A stretch of DNA of 64,000 nt from Octopus vulgaris (lineage: Eukaryota), in assembly GCA_951406725.2 (NCBI GenBank), contig OX597832.1, positions 53,506,001-53,570,000 of the forward strand. The letters run 5' to 3'. Shown here piece after piece: positions 1 to 12,640 of this stretch (position 1 is its first letter; the number at the start of each line of letters is the position of its first letter). The translations under genes were made by a program, and so were the position numbers. The notes under the pieces are model-generated. The model was not told where the DNA came from. It ran no database searches and saw nothing but the letters and a program-made list of their open reading frames with translations.

Positions 1-131
1 CGCCCAAAAGTGTATATAGATATTTAAATGTATTTATATATTCATCTATACACACATGTATGTATAATGTGCGTGTATATATTTCCATAGAAGTAACCAT
101 TCAATCCATACAAAGTTTTTTAGGACGAAAA

Positions 132-978
132 TATTTATATATAAAAGAAAGGTTGTGTGTCTGTCTACTCCGATTTAGATTCCTAACTACTCCCACATTT
201 TGCGATGCAGTTTAACCAAAACCGGGTATCTTATAGTCGTGATTCATATCGAGCCCTTCTGGGTATTAGCGCGCGTCTACGATGAGTCTACGATTTTACA
301 AATAATTTACCATCATTTTTTTCCATTTTAATGCATATTTTTTTAAATAAAGGGAAGTAACTCTCAAACTTCACACCAATATGCGTGCTCATATGCGACG
401 TAATATCACATCAGCAGCATTTCCTCACACCCTCCTTGCACTTGGCGAAGGCAAAATACCAGGGGATGAAAATGGTAATATTGCCATCGATTCCATTTGT
501 ACCATTGTTAAGACGCCTTCTGATCTCAGAGATGCAGTGTTCCCAGATCTACAAGCTAATTATTAGAATATGGATTGGATTGGCAAAAAGGCTATACTGG
601 CCCCGAGGAATAAAACTGTTCACCATATTAATGATGAAATGCTAAAACTCATTCCTGGGGAAATCTATGTATATCAGTCTATCGATACAACTCCTGACCC
701 AGAGGACGTCATCAACTATCCAATAGAGGTACTCAATTCCTTTGAGCACCCCGGACTACCACCACACTTTCTCAAACTTAAAGTTGGTGACCCTATAATG
801 CTCATCAGAAATTTGGTTCCCCCAAAACAATGCAATGGCACACGTTTGATCGTTAAGTCCTTATCTCCCACCGTAAACTTATATGAATATTTGCCTGAAT
901 AATCATCATAATTCAGTGCAATCATTAACAGTACTTTCAAGCAATTCAGCCCCGAGCAACGCCGGGCAATTCTGCTAG
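132..978 (+). mobile_element. Non-autonomous Helitron carrying a PIF1 helicase fragment
   Basis: ORFs 381-902 give KAILAPRN, GLPPHFLKLKVGDPIMLIRNL and CNGTRLIV. The 3' end has the hairpin CCCGAGCAACGCCGGG then CTAG|T. The 5' part is shared with the 31320-31713 copy. Confidence 0.88.
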
Positions 979-1139
979 TAATTAATATATGGATAGCATG
1001 TTTATCTTTCCAATATTCCACGAGTAAATGTCCAGAGAAGTCTTTATAGAAACCTCCTAATAAATAAATAAATAAGTACATGAATGAATAATAAACTGAT
1101 TGTATGTAATCTTTCCTCTTTAATGTTGAAAATTGATGT

Positions 1140-1189
<50 letters not shown>

Positions 1190-3393
1190 ATTTTACTTAT
1201 TTTGGTTATGATATGATTTTTGATAATCTTAAATTTTATCTTTATACACCATAGCAATATTGTTTATAAACAATCACCCATATTACCCTGTGATAAAATT
1301 TCCTCTGTATTAACATCATAGGTTTTATTAGCATCTTGCCCTTTTAACTGGTAATGAACATCATGATTTAGAGTCTACCCCAACCCAGTCTCCTTTATAG
1401 AATGTTACTTTATACCCAATTTACTACTCCTAATATCTTGACAATATTTATGACCATACCAAGCCATGAGCTGTCAACTCACACTTGCCCTTCATTCCAA
1501 ATGGACACAGTCTTAGATTTAGTAGTTGATAAAAAGACAAATAAATAAGACACACACAGTCTTAGATTTAGTAGTTGATAAAAAGACAAATAAATTAGAA
1601 ATGAACCACAATTCTTTACAGTCAATGACCCCAGTAAGCTTCATGCTTATCTTGGAAGTGTAGTATATTCTTAGTTACAATAGCGACAACATGGATTTCT
1701 TTTATCTTCTTGCTCTGTTAAAGTATTTAAGTAAAATTATATTAATGTGTCTGACTGATTAAAATTCTATTTATTTATCCAGTAGATGATAGCCCTGCAT
1801 TTAAATTGATGTAATGATTGCATTGTTCAATTACATGGAGCTGCTTGTAACAGTTGTACTGCATCACTTCTTGATATCCTGTTGCTTATTTTGATTTTTT
1901 CACCTTACTTTGAGCTGTGTGGATAATACCGGACTAACTTGGTGCTTCAACTTAAGCACCTAATTCAACTGAATATCAATTATTTCTGTATATGTGTGTG
2001 TATTTATGTGTGTTTTTATATATAAATACCATTTCTCCGCTTTTTTCCGTTCTTGTTTTCGTATATTTTCACTGCTTTCTTCCAAGGAATCTAATGCTCT
2101 TAGCTTAGTTTTTCTTTGGGGCTGGCCAGATTGGAGCAATCTCGAGTATAATCAGCCGAAATTGAAAAGATATTCTGAAACTCAACTGAGGAAAGAAAAC
2201 TCCGAATGGCCCGTCCTTATTTTCTTTGTATGTCTGGATGTTTTGTGTTCTTGTCCCATTTTTGTATAATACACTACAGTTTTTTTCTGAAGAATGTTTT
2301 ACTCGACAACACACGTGGGTGGGTGACGGAAGAATACGAGACCTCATTCATATGTTTTGAATTCGTTGGTACTGGTCATTGGATATAGTTTGTCTGATGT
2401 TACTTGAATTGGATAGGTATGTTCAATTTTTTCAGTGCTCTCAAATTTAAAATCCTGAAATACTGTGCCGAGGAGGAAAATTATTAGAATGGAAATGTAA
2501 TTCTTGCATTTTTCATATCTATATCATTCCAAAACGCGTCCACAGTTAATCAAATGCCGAGTGAATTTTGCTGTTTTTCCTCTCTGCCTATGTGAATTAT
2601 TTTTGAGTATATATTGTTTGGGAGTTGTTTCTTACCGTAGAAGAAATAGCTAGGTTCTTTGGCTGCTATTTCTAAAGTTCGGTATGTGGTAAAGCAAATT
2701 TTTTTGCCAAACCCTAATTATAATTATAAAAAATATTGTATATATATGTATGTGTGTTTCGTGTGCCTGTATGTTTATGGTATGACTATATATTAATAGA
2801 AGGATGAATATACAGCTGTGTGTGCGTACTTTTATTTTTCTTGTCTTATTATTTTTTTCACTTTTTTAGTATGTTAATGTTTATAGGTATCTGCCCCTTA
2901 GCAAGGTATGTTGACTTTAATACACTTTATCGAAATACAGCTTATTAAAATTCCCAATTTTTTTGCCTAAAATAGGATGTCGACTTTTACATGAGATCGA
3001 CTATTACTCGAGTATATATGGTAACATACACACACACACACACGTATACACATATACATTAGTGATAGGGGAAGTGGGAATGATGTGTGCAGGAGGTGGG
3101 GAATAAAACAACAGCCTTTAAGGCCATTAATACGTTTGAAGATAAAGAAGTGGTGACAAGCTTGTGTATAGATGTGTGTTTGTGTGTGTTTGCTTTTTTT
3201 GTATCTCTCACTCTGCTAATACAAGATAACAGGTATGGAAGTGAAAGATAAGGTGATGTAGTATTTATGTAAAACATAGAGCAACAAAACAGAGCAACAG
3301 ATATAAGACTCCCAGCCCCTACTGCAGCCCTTGGAGAAGGACAAGACAGTTGGCTGCAAGACACAGATTCACGCATACATGTGCCCATACGTG

Positions 3394-3447
<54 letters not shown>

Positions 3448-3856
3448 TACACACACACATACATACACACACACTCAGATATTACTCTTTAACTCTTTTA
3501 CTTGTTTCAGTCATTTGACTGTGGCCATGCTGGAGCATCACCTTTAGTCGAGCAAATCGATCCCAGGACTTATTCTTTGTAAGCCTAGTACTTATTCTAT
3601 CGGGCTTTTTCCGAACCACTAAGTTACGGGGACATGAACACACCAACATCGGTTGTCAAGCAATGTTGGTGGGATAAACACAGCCACACAAACATATACA
3701 CACACACACACATATACATATATATATACACATATATAAATAAATATATATATATATATATATATAAGGACACAGGAAAAATGTGTCAAAGCCATCAGGA
3801 GGCGTCGATGCTTCCTAGGGCTAAACAGCGTTTGTGTTAGATTGACAGTATACAAC

Positions 3857-3904
<48 letters not shown>

Positions 3905-3907
<3 letters not shown>

Positions 3908-4171
3908 AGATAAGAAAATGGAGAAATACATCTAAATCAAATATCAATTACCAGATAATACTCAATCACATACTTTATTAAACCACCACAAAAGAGACTG
4001 TAGGGTTAAACATAAAAAAGCAGAACAAATCAGTGTACATAAAGGAATGTACATAAAAAAGTATGTTTAACCCTACAGTCTCTTATGTGGTGGTTTAATA
4101 AAGTATGTGATTGAGTATTATCTGGTAATTGATATTTGATTTAGATGTATTTCTCCATTTTCTTATCTTGT
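3905..4171. repeat. 110-bp near-perfect inverted repeat (fold-back element)
   Basis: Arms 3905-4014 and 4062-4171 are reverse complements with one mismatch seen; 47-bp spacer. Confidence 0.9.
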
Positions 4172-4341
4172 ATTAGTATTTGCGGTAAATAATTTTACCT
4201 TCGCCCATATAATGCAGTAAATGAATTGATTGCATCGCAATCCTTAACATTTATGTATTAACTTTGTTGGGTACTTCACTAGCAGTATATTGGATATATG
4301 TTATCCCATGGAGGGTTGCATTTATAACCCCTATCTCAATT

Positions 4342-4377
<36 letters not shown>

Positions 4378-4380
<3 letters not shown>

Positions 4381-4922
4381 GTTTATTTTTGGCCAAATAT
4401 TTCTGCAATTGCCTTGCCAGGAAGATAGCATCAATGGTGCTTCTTCTATCTGAAACAAATCCAAATGGCATCTCCTCTGTACTAATTTTCTTCCTATTTA
4501 ATTGAGCTATGACCCTTTCTGCAACTTTCATCACCTGGTCTAGCAATTTAATGCTTCTGTAATTATTTCTGTCCAAGGTATTACATTTGCCTTGTAGCAG
4601 TTGACTATAATGCTATTACACCAACCATTGGGTACAACCCTGTCACGGGCTGCCATAGAATTGGTTCTTGAAATGAAGAGAGAACAAGCCTGGTAGACTT
4701 GTTCTCTGATGCAAACAACCTAATGATCTGCAACACCAACATCAGCCGGTCACCTGATAACCTATCATTTGGCTGACCACACTATCCAGATTGATTACGT
4801 TCTCACCAGAAAGTGAGATACATGGTTGTTCATAAATGCAAAGATCTTAACCTGGTGAAAAATATACCCCCTACCCCACCAGCATAGATTAGTCATTTGC
4901 AAATTTAGACTTCAGGTGAGAA
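4378..4922. mobile_element. RTE LINE fragments (RT on -, AP endonuclease on +)
   Basis: Minus strand NYRSIKLLDQVMKVAERVI...STIDAIFLARQLQ; plus strand ANNLMICNT...QIDYVLTR. Confidence 0.7.
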
Positions 4923-5067
4923 GGATTTATGAACTAAAGTGTAAAATTTATATTATTAAAATATTAAAAAATAATAAATTAAACTAATTAGAACTACCAG
5001 TGAAATCATTCTTTTTTTCAAATATATCTAATTATACCAAGGATCTCACATATTTTCCAATATATAT

Positions 5068-5775
5068 ATCATCATCATCATCGTTTAACGTCCGCTTTCC
5101 ATGCTAGCATGGGTTGGACAATTTGACTGAGGTCTGGCGAACCAGATGGCTGCACCAGGCTCCAATCTGATCTGGCAGAGTTTCTACATCTGGATCATGT
5201 GCATACCTATATATATAGGTGTAGGAGTGGCTGTTTGGTAAATAGCTTGCTTACCAACCACATGGTTCCTAACATCAACCACTCCAAGAGTGTAGTGGGT
5301 GCTTTTATGTGCCACCGGCATGAGGGCCAGTCAGGCTGCACTGGCAATGGCCACACTCAAATGGTGCTTTTTATGTGCCACCTGCACAGGAGTCAGTCCA
5401 GTGACACTGGCAATGACCTCACTCGAATGTTTCTTTCACGTGCCTCCAGCACAAGTGCCAGTAAGGCGATGCAGGTAGCGATCACGCTCAAATAGTGCTT
5501 TTTATGTGCCACCACCACAGAAGCCAGTTTGTTACTCTGGCAATAATCACGCTTGGATGGTACTCTTAGTGCTCCACTAGCACGGATGCCAGTCATCGAA
5601 TTTGATTTCGATTTCACTTGACTCAACAGGTCTTCGCAAGCAGAGTTTAGTGTCCAATGAAGGAAAGGTATGCATTATATAAGTGGGCTAGTTACACCCC
5701 TGGCATAAGCCACGAGGTTATGGTCTCACTTGGCTTGCCGGGTCTTCTCAAGCACAGCATGTTTCCAAAGGTTCC
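5068..5775 (-). mobile_element. RTE LINE 3' end with (GAT)n tail
   Basis: (CAT)n-CGTTTAACGTCCGCTTTCCATGCTAGCATGGG terminus, ~60-bp UTR repeats and the ORF2 C-terminal end. Short tails of this family also occur at ~12870-13037, 28145-28330 and 47865-48090. Confidence 0.75.
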
Positions 5776-5777
5776 AG

Positions 5778-5816
<39 letters not shown>

Positions 5817-5922
5817 GTCGATCCAAACAGGGACAAGCAAGAAAAAACAACACAAGGTGTGGTACAAGTACTGTGTTATTGGACGCTCAGGAAAGGAAAT
5901 ATATATATATATATATATATAT

Positions 5923-6155
5923 AACAAATAAGAAAATGGAGAAACACATTAGTTGGTTTATCCGCTTTAGGATATTAGAATGTTGTCTTATTTAATTAAC
6001 AAAACTAAAACCAACTATTTGTATTATCTTAAATGTATTGAATTTTATACTGTATATATATTATGGTTTCTAGTTTTGTTAATTAAATAAGTCAACATGT
6101 TAATATCCTAAAGCTGATAAACCAACTAAATTCTTTCTCCCTTTCCTTATTTGTA
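5923..6155. repeat. ~90-bp inverted repeat (second fold-back family member)
   Basis: Arms ~5923-6013 and ~6064-6155; outer end and downstream flank resemble the 3905 element. Confidence 0.8.
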
Positions 6156-6328
6156 TTATAAATTAATGGTAAAATATTTCTTTACCTTCACCCATTTAAT
6201 ACAGTGAGTTCATTGCATTGCAATTAAAAACACTTGTGTATTAAATAATTTGAGTAGTATACCAACAGTATATTGGATAAGTATTATCCCTTAGTGGGTT
6301 GGATCCACAACCCCTAACTTACTTGGTA

Positions 6329-6364
<36 letters not shown>

Positions 6365-6972
6365 TGTATGTATGTATGTATGTATGTATGTATGTATGTA
6401 TGTATGTGTGTATGTATGTATGTATGTATGTATCTGTCGGGCACGTGGAAGAGAGTGTAATTCGGCAGGAGGACTTAAACGACATGCAAAGGTACATGAA
6501 GCCCAGTTACAACTACAGCCGGCTATTACCGGTAAAGGTTTTAGTTGCCAATTTTGTACAAGACATTGTAGATCTTTAGCTGGGCTAAAAAGTCACATCC
6601 GATCACAGCACCAGTAACAGTTAAGCTTCATGCAATGGCCATACTCGATAACGAGGGGGCAGCCATAATGTATGTATGTATGTATTTATGTATGTATGTA
6701 TGTATATACACACAGGGTGTGCAAAAGTAGGTGTACAGTTATGAAAAAAGAAAACACAATCCTCAATCATTTTTATGAAAAAAAAATTAAAAGTTACTGT
6801 AAAATTATTATTATAGTTATAAATGTATTAAGATTAATGACACTGAAAATATCAAAAATGTGGCTAACTTAATTTTTTGGGTGGCACCTTGGGCAGATGT
6901 CTTCTACTATAGCCTCAGGCCGACCAAAGCCTTGTGAGTGGATTTGGTAGACGGAAAATGAAAGAAGCCTGT

Positions 6973-7012
<40 letters not shown>

Positions 7013-7489
7013 TGTGTCTGTGTTTGTACCCCCCCCCCCACATCGCTTGACAACTGATGCAGGTATGTTTACGTCCCCGTAACTTAGCAATTCGGTAAAA
7101 GAGACTAATAGAATAAGTACTAGACTTACAAAGAATAAGTCCTGGGGTCGATTTGTTCTACTAAAATGGGTTGCTCCAGCATGGCCGCAGTCAAATGACT
7201 GAAACATATAATAGAGTAAAAGAGTAAAAAAAAAGATTATTGTATGTTTTCTTTTTTCATAACATTCTATATATATACACACACACACATGCATATACAC
7301 GCACACATACATACATACATACATACACACATACATACATACATATTATATACACATATGTATAGTGAAAAAGGTTTAATTCTGAGACTGTAACCATTTA
7401 GGAATGACGTGTCATAGATTTAATGTATGCTTATGCAGACCATTTTTAAAGGTGGGGGTCTAATTTTAGAAGCAATTGGACCCGCAAAC

Positions 7490-8700
7490 TAAATTTATAG
7501 TTTTATGTCGTATAGTTTCCTATTTCGTTTTAAGGTACAGAAGAATTTGCTTAACGATGTAGTTTTTTTTTTCTTCCAGCGTTGTGGGACAGTAAGGATG
7601 TTATCTTTTACTATTTCAGCATCCTATACTGCTTCCTCTCTGCAATCAACGATGCTGCTGACTGCTTCGTTCTGCTTTCTCAAAGAAAGAACACAACGAA
7701 CCAAGGTATTAGTTAACAAGGTTAATCTCTCATTTAAAACTGAAAACAAGCAAAAAGTTGGAATATCATAGGATTTTTGCTCGAAAGCGTTTCTAAGTAT
7801 ACTTTAATGGAATTTTCGAACGGAATTCCGAAAGTTTTAATCATTCTACAAAATTATTCTCTCGGTAAACAGCGAGTGTGAAAATATATATTGGGATACA
7901 CATATCAATTAATATATAAATACATATAGACATACAAAATATGTACATGAAAAGAGGACACATTCTTCAGCCTGGTTCCTTTTCTGTATCCCATTAAATG
8001 CTGGAACTTATAGAGGATTCTTGTGACGTTTAGAGATGTCGGGGCGCAACAGTTTTGCGTGTGGATGTGAAATAATAAATCCTTTGGAATTAATTCGAAC
8101 AGTTAAATTAATAATTAAAAACAGAATCCGAGATAAATGCCATCCCAATACGGTAAGATGTAAGTCTGGTTTTTAATTATTCTTTCTTGTACGAGAATTG
8201 TTAAATATCAATCATTATTAGAAATATCGAGGAATTTCTATGTAAACTATAAATATCGATTCATTCGCGATAATTTGTATTGGGTATTATTTAAAGTACT
8301 ACATAATTAATGCGTTTATTTACATTTTACACATATTTACATTTTACTCTATTTCTTGTTAATTGTCTACGACTAATTACTATTTGATGACTCGTTAATT
8401 CTTTCTAAATTTCTCATATTCTCTTGAGAAACTTATTTCTACTTCTCGTTTTTTATTCCCACGAATCTGCATTTTTAATAATGGTTTTTTCTTCTTCTTT
8501 TCATACGTCAAATAAACTTTGTTTACTAAAGTTTTATTTATAATAAACATCAATTTTCTTTTCTGTGGAACGATCGTTGTTGTTCTTTGGACTAGAAATG
8601 TTATAAACATTCCGAATATTTGTTTCTTGGTACCTGGGTTATAAGGCTGTCGCAGTCAAGAAACCACGACGTAAATGCTATTCCTCAAAAACTTTATTTC
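7490..8700 (+). promoter_or_regulatory. Candidate promoter and non-coding first exon(s) of the GT7 gene
   Basis: Repeat-poor stretch that looks relatively CpG-rich, with donor-like sites CAAG|GTATTA (7706) and CG|GTAAGA (8153). Coding exon 1 starts at a splice acceptor, so an upstream exon is expected. Confidence 0.4.
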
Positions 8701-9147
8701 TTTATTATTTTTATCACATAGTAAGATATGAAAGGCCATGTCGACCTCGGTTCCGATGTCGCCGAGGTCGATTTTGCCTTTTATTCCTTCGGAGTCGATG
8801 AAAACAAGTTCCCTGGATTTAATGCAGAGTCAAAATTTGGCGAAATGGCAGAATGCTTGACAGCATTTCTTCCAACTTTACGTTCTGAGTTCAAATGCCG
8901 CCGAAGTCGACTTTGCCTTTCATCCCATCGAGGTCGATAAAATAAGTACCAGTCGATGCAACTGACTTACATGCTTTCTCGAAATTGCTGGCATTGGGCC
9001 AAAACTTGAAACTATTATTATCATTATCTCATTATCGATTTCTTTGTGACTGTTTCCGTGTATGTATACCGATGCACGCAGAAGGGTTTTTATGTTCTGA
9101 ACATAGTTCAAATATCGGTTAGAAACATATTTAGAGACAATAAACTA

Positions 9148-9547
9148 AGGCGCAGGAGTGGCAGTGTGGTAAGTAGCTTGCTAACCAACCACATGGTTCT
9201 GGGTTCAGTCCCACTGCGTGGCACCTTGGGCAAGTGTCTTCTACTATAGCCTCGGGCCGAACAAAGCCTTGTGAGTGGATTTGGTACACGGAAACTGAAA
9301 GAAGCCCGTCGTATATATGTATATATATATGCGTGTGTGTGTTTGTGTGTCTGTGTTTGTTCCACTAGCATTGCTTGACAACCGATGCTGGTGTGTTTAT
9401 ATCCTCCGTAACTTAGCGGTTCGGCAAAAGAGACCGATAGAATAAGTACTGGGCTTACAAAAGAATAAGTCCCGGGGTCCGTTGCTCGATTAAAGGCGGT
9501 GCTCCAGCATGGCCGCAGTCAAATGACTGAAACGAGTAAAAGAGTAA
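9148..9547 (+). mobile_element. tRNA-derived SINE family A, full length
   Basis: A-box-like TGGCAGTGTGG, B-box-like GGTTCAGTCCC, CORE-like GCACCTTGGGCAAGT, internal (TA)/(TG) tract and GAGTAAAA tail. Other copies at ~3484, 6881, 17435, 25140, 45895 and 47320. Confidence 0.85.
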
Positions 9548-9979
9548 TGGATGTCATTTATTAGTTCAGTCAATAAGCAAGGCTTGATTCAGTATTCATC
9601 CAAGTTATTTGATTTCGTACCATTTATTTTTCTTCACTAACACAGTAACTTCTCTCTATGCTGTGAGTTTAAATTGAGCTTATCACAACTATTAACAATG
9701 TAAAGTACGACAGAGCTTGGATGCACTCTATTTACATTTGGATGTACTCTGTATTGTCTGAGGAGTTTGGGTGTACTCTATTTGTATAGCCAGAGGGATT
9801 TGGATGTACTCTGTGTTGCTAGAGAAGTCTGGATGTTCTCTGCTTCTCTCTTCACATTGCGGAAGAAGTTTGAGTGTGCTCTAATGGTATTACTAGGAAT
9901 TTTGACCTTTAAATTTTGGCGGGAAAATGCGAATTATACTCGAGGATTTACGGTAGTTATCATGTCCACCTCTGTCAAG

Positions 9980-11140
9980 TAGTTGGTTACCAGAATGGAA
10001 CTGTGGCTTGGTGGAGGTGCTCTGGCCTTTTGCAATGAAATATCTTCCTGGACTCCTTCAAAACCTCCACAAAGTACTTTCTGTTGACCGACTGGCCAGA
10101 TGGGGACCAGTGGATGTAGATGATGCTCTTGCTGTTGAAAAAGGGAATCTTCGTGAGCTTCTTGGTGGACTTGTTTTGCTTGGCCTTCTTGGGTCTGGGG
10201 GAGCCAAGATGCTTCCATTGAACGCTCTGTCTTTTGATCTCTGTCTCATAACAGTAGATCCAGCTTTTGTCACATGTCATCAGAGACTCAAGTACTCTTG
10301 GATTCAAGGTAATGAACTTAACCATCTTCCGACACTGTCACCAATGCATCTTTCATTCCGTTCATCACCAAGCACCCTGGAAACAAACTTTACACAAATT
10401 TTGCATGTGTTCAAATCTTCGTGAATAATTTTGTGTACATTTCCCCACACCAACTCCATCCAGAAAACTGAGAATTTTCTGAACCAGGTCTGATGTTCTA
10501 ATACCATTCTCCCTCCCTCACTCCGCGTCATCTCTCACTGCCACTCTACCATCATTGAATCTCCTGTGCCAGTAAGAAATAGAGGCTCAGTACATACAAG
10601 TTTATCCATAAGCAGTCTGGAACATTTCATAAATTTCTGTTGCATTTTTGTTCAGTTTAGAAAAAAACTGGATCTTTTCGGTTTGAACGGCAATTTTTTC
10701 TTGCGGTGTCATATGAAATTGTCACCCATAATTATGACCCTAGTATCAATCTATTGCATTTCAATCTGTTTTAGGGTTGGGGTTAGTTAGGGTTAGAGGT
10801 GGGGAGAAGGGTGTCTTTTTTTCTTCACAAATGTAAATAAACCCAGTCTGTTTCTTAAATGAGGGACATATTCATACGGCACAGAATGTTTTTTTTTTAC
10901 CTCAATAGACGTCATTGATTGGTTGAAATTGCAGAAATTGAAGAAAAAAAAGCAACAGATATCTTACAAACTATATAATTTTCTCAATAAAGCCAAGAGA
11001 AAAAGATGTTTTATAAACACATTCTACCAGTATACGAAGTTTAAAAGTGTTTAGTTACCTAGAAATTAGGTTAAAAACTGCCGTTCAAACCAAAAAGACC
11101 GAAAAAATTTTATTGCTTCCAAATTGTCTTCACATTCCAG
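9980..11140 (-). mobile_element. Degenerate mariner transposase, interrupted by a MITE
   Basis: AIKF..KLNKNATEIYEMFQTAYG; VHKIIHEDL..KICVKFVSRVL; TCDKSWIYCYETEIKRQSVQW. Confidence 0.8.
10670..11100 (+). mobile_element. MITE with GGATCTTTTCGGTTTGAACGGC TIRs and internal TTAGGG-like repeats
   Basis: TIRs at both ends; approximate A-rich target duplication; inverted second copy at 30191. Confidence 0.8.
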
Positions 11141-11292
11141 TTGCATTCTGCAGACTTGTCAACTGTTACAAGCAGTGTTTAGTAGGGTATGTTCAAAAGC
11201 ACTGATACAGCCATCTAATTCAGTCTGCAATTATAAACATTGGCAGGTCAGATTATTAGTTGTATAGTAAATGATATGACTATGATCAAGGA

Positions 11293-11683
11293 CAGTGATT
11301 CCCAACCTTTTGACTACCAAGAACACCTTTCACTTAAATGAGTTTTCCCATGGGCCCCAGGATATTGAAAGGCCTGTCAGCTTAACCCTTTCGTCACTGT
11401 ATTTATTTTGAGATGCTCTGTGTTTCTTTCAATTACTTTAAATATAGCAAAGAATTTAGTAAAATAACTTAGCTACCATTAAAGCTAGTGTTAGGAAAAT
11501 AAATTGTGACTAAGGTTTAGGGGAAGATTTTAATTCAAAAATTATGTAAACAAGACATTTGTACTACAGAGCCAGAGCCGGTTTCAGTCGGGTTGGTAAC
11601 AAAAGGGTTAACATGTTCACGGATCCCAAGTATTACTTTTGTGGACCACCAGGGGTCCGTGGACCACAGGCTGGGAACCACCG
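11293..11683. mobile_element. hAT (Charlie-like) MITE containing a piggyBac MITE
   Basis: TIRs CAGTGATTCCCAACCT and AGGCTGGGAACCACCG; 8-bp flanks ATCAAGGA and ATTTAGGA. Confidence 0.7.
11386..11607. mobile_element. piggyBac-type MITE
   Basis: TTAA|CCCTTT...AAAGGG|TTAA; inverted copy at 52700-52919. Confidence 0.85.
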
Positions 11684-11743
11684 ATTTAGGAGTCATAACT
11701 GTTTCCCCTAAAAATGCACTTAGTATACATACATACATACATA

Positions 11744-12640
11744 CACTTAGCTAAACACAAATGCATTCATACAAGAGAGAAGCCGTGTAACTGTGACATC
11801 TGTGGTAAATCATTCTCTTGAAATGATCATTTAACTCTTTACTCTTTTACTTGTTTCAGTCATTTGACTGCGGCCATGCTGGAGCACCGCCTTTAGTTGA
11901 GCAAATCGACCCTGGGACTTATTCTTTGTAAGCCCAGTACTTATTCTATCGGTCTCTTTGCCAAACCGCTAAGTGACGGGAACGTAAACACACCAGCATC
12001 GGTTGTCATGCAATGCTAGGGGGACAAACACACACACATATATATATATACATATATACGACGGGCTTCTACCAAATCCACTCACAAGGCTTTGGTCGGC
12101 CCGAGGCTATAGTAGAAGACACTTTCCCAAGGTGCCACACAGTGGGACTGAACCCGGAACCATGTGGTTGGTAAGCAAGCTACTTACCACATAGCCACTC
12201 CTGCGCCTATACACACAAATGTATTCATACTGGAGACAAACCATATCACTGTGATATTTGTGGTAAATCATTTTCTGAAAGATGTAACTTATGTAAACAC
12301 AAACGTATTCACACAGGAGAGAAACCCTATCACTGTCAGGTCTGTAATAAATCATTCTCTCTGGAAGGTAGCTTAAATATACAGAAAAGCATACATGCAA
12401 GAGAGGAGCCATATCATTGTAACATTTGCGGGAAATCATTATCTCCAAATAACCAGCTAAATAAACACAAATCCATTCATGCAGGAAAGAAATCTATAAT
12501 ACTTCATTCTTTCAAAATGATAACTTAACTATACAAAAGTACATTTTTGCATGGGAGAAGCCATATCTCTGTGATATCTGTGACAAATCATTCCCCAAAA
12601 AGACAATTGATTACACATGTAACATATTCATACAAGTGAG
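11744..12640 (+). pseudogene. C2H2 zinc-finger array relic interrupted by a SINE
   Basis: [27 protein letters not shown], then a SINE, then [70 protein letters not shown]. Contains stops and frameshifts. Confidence 0.9.
11835..12208 (-). mobile_element. SINE family A inserted in the zinc-finger relic
   Basis: Reverse complement of the 9148 copy. Confidence 0.85.

Noticed and set aside
381-902. Host PIF1 helicase gene
   Set aside because: Internal stop, truncated, and bounded by Helitron termini.
1505-1596. 50-bp-period direct duplication
   Set aside because: Simple two-copy local duplication with no further structure.
6431-6617. Two C2H2-like motifs (CQFCTRHCRSLAGLKSHIRSQH) as a host gene exon
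   Set aside because: Short, flanked by (TATG)n tracts with no convincing splice sites; more likely a LINE C-terminal zinc-finger remnant.
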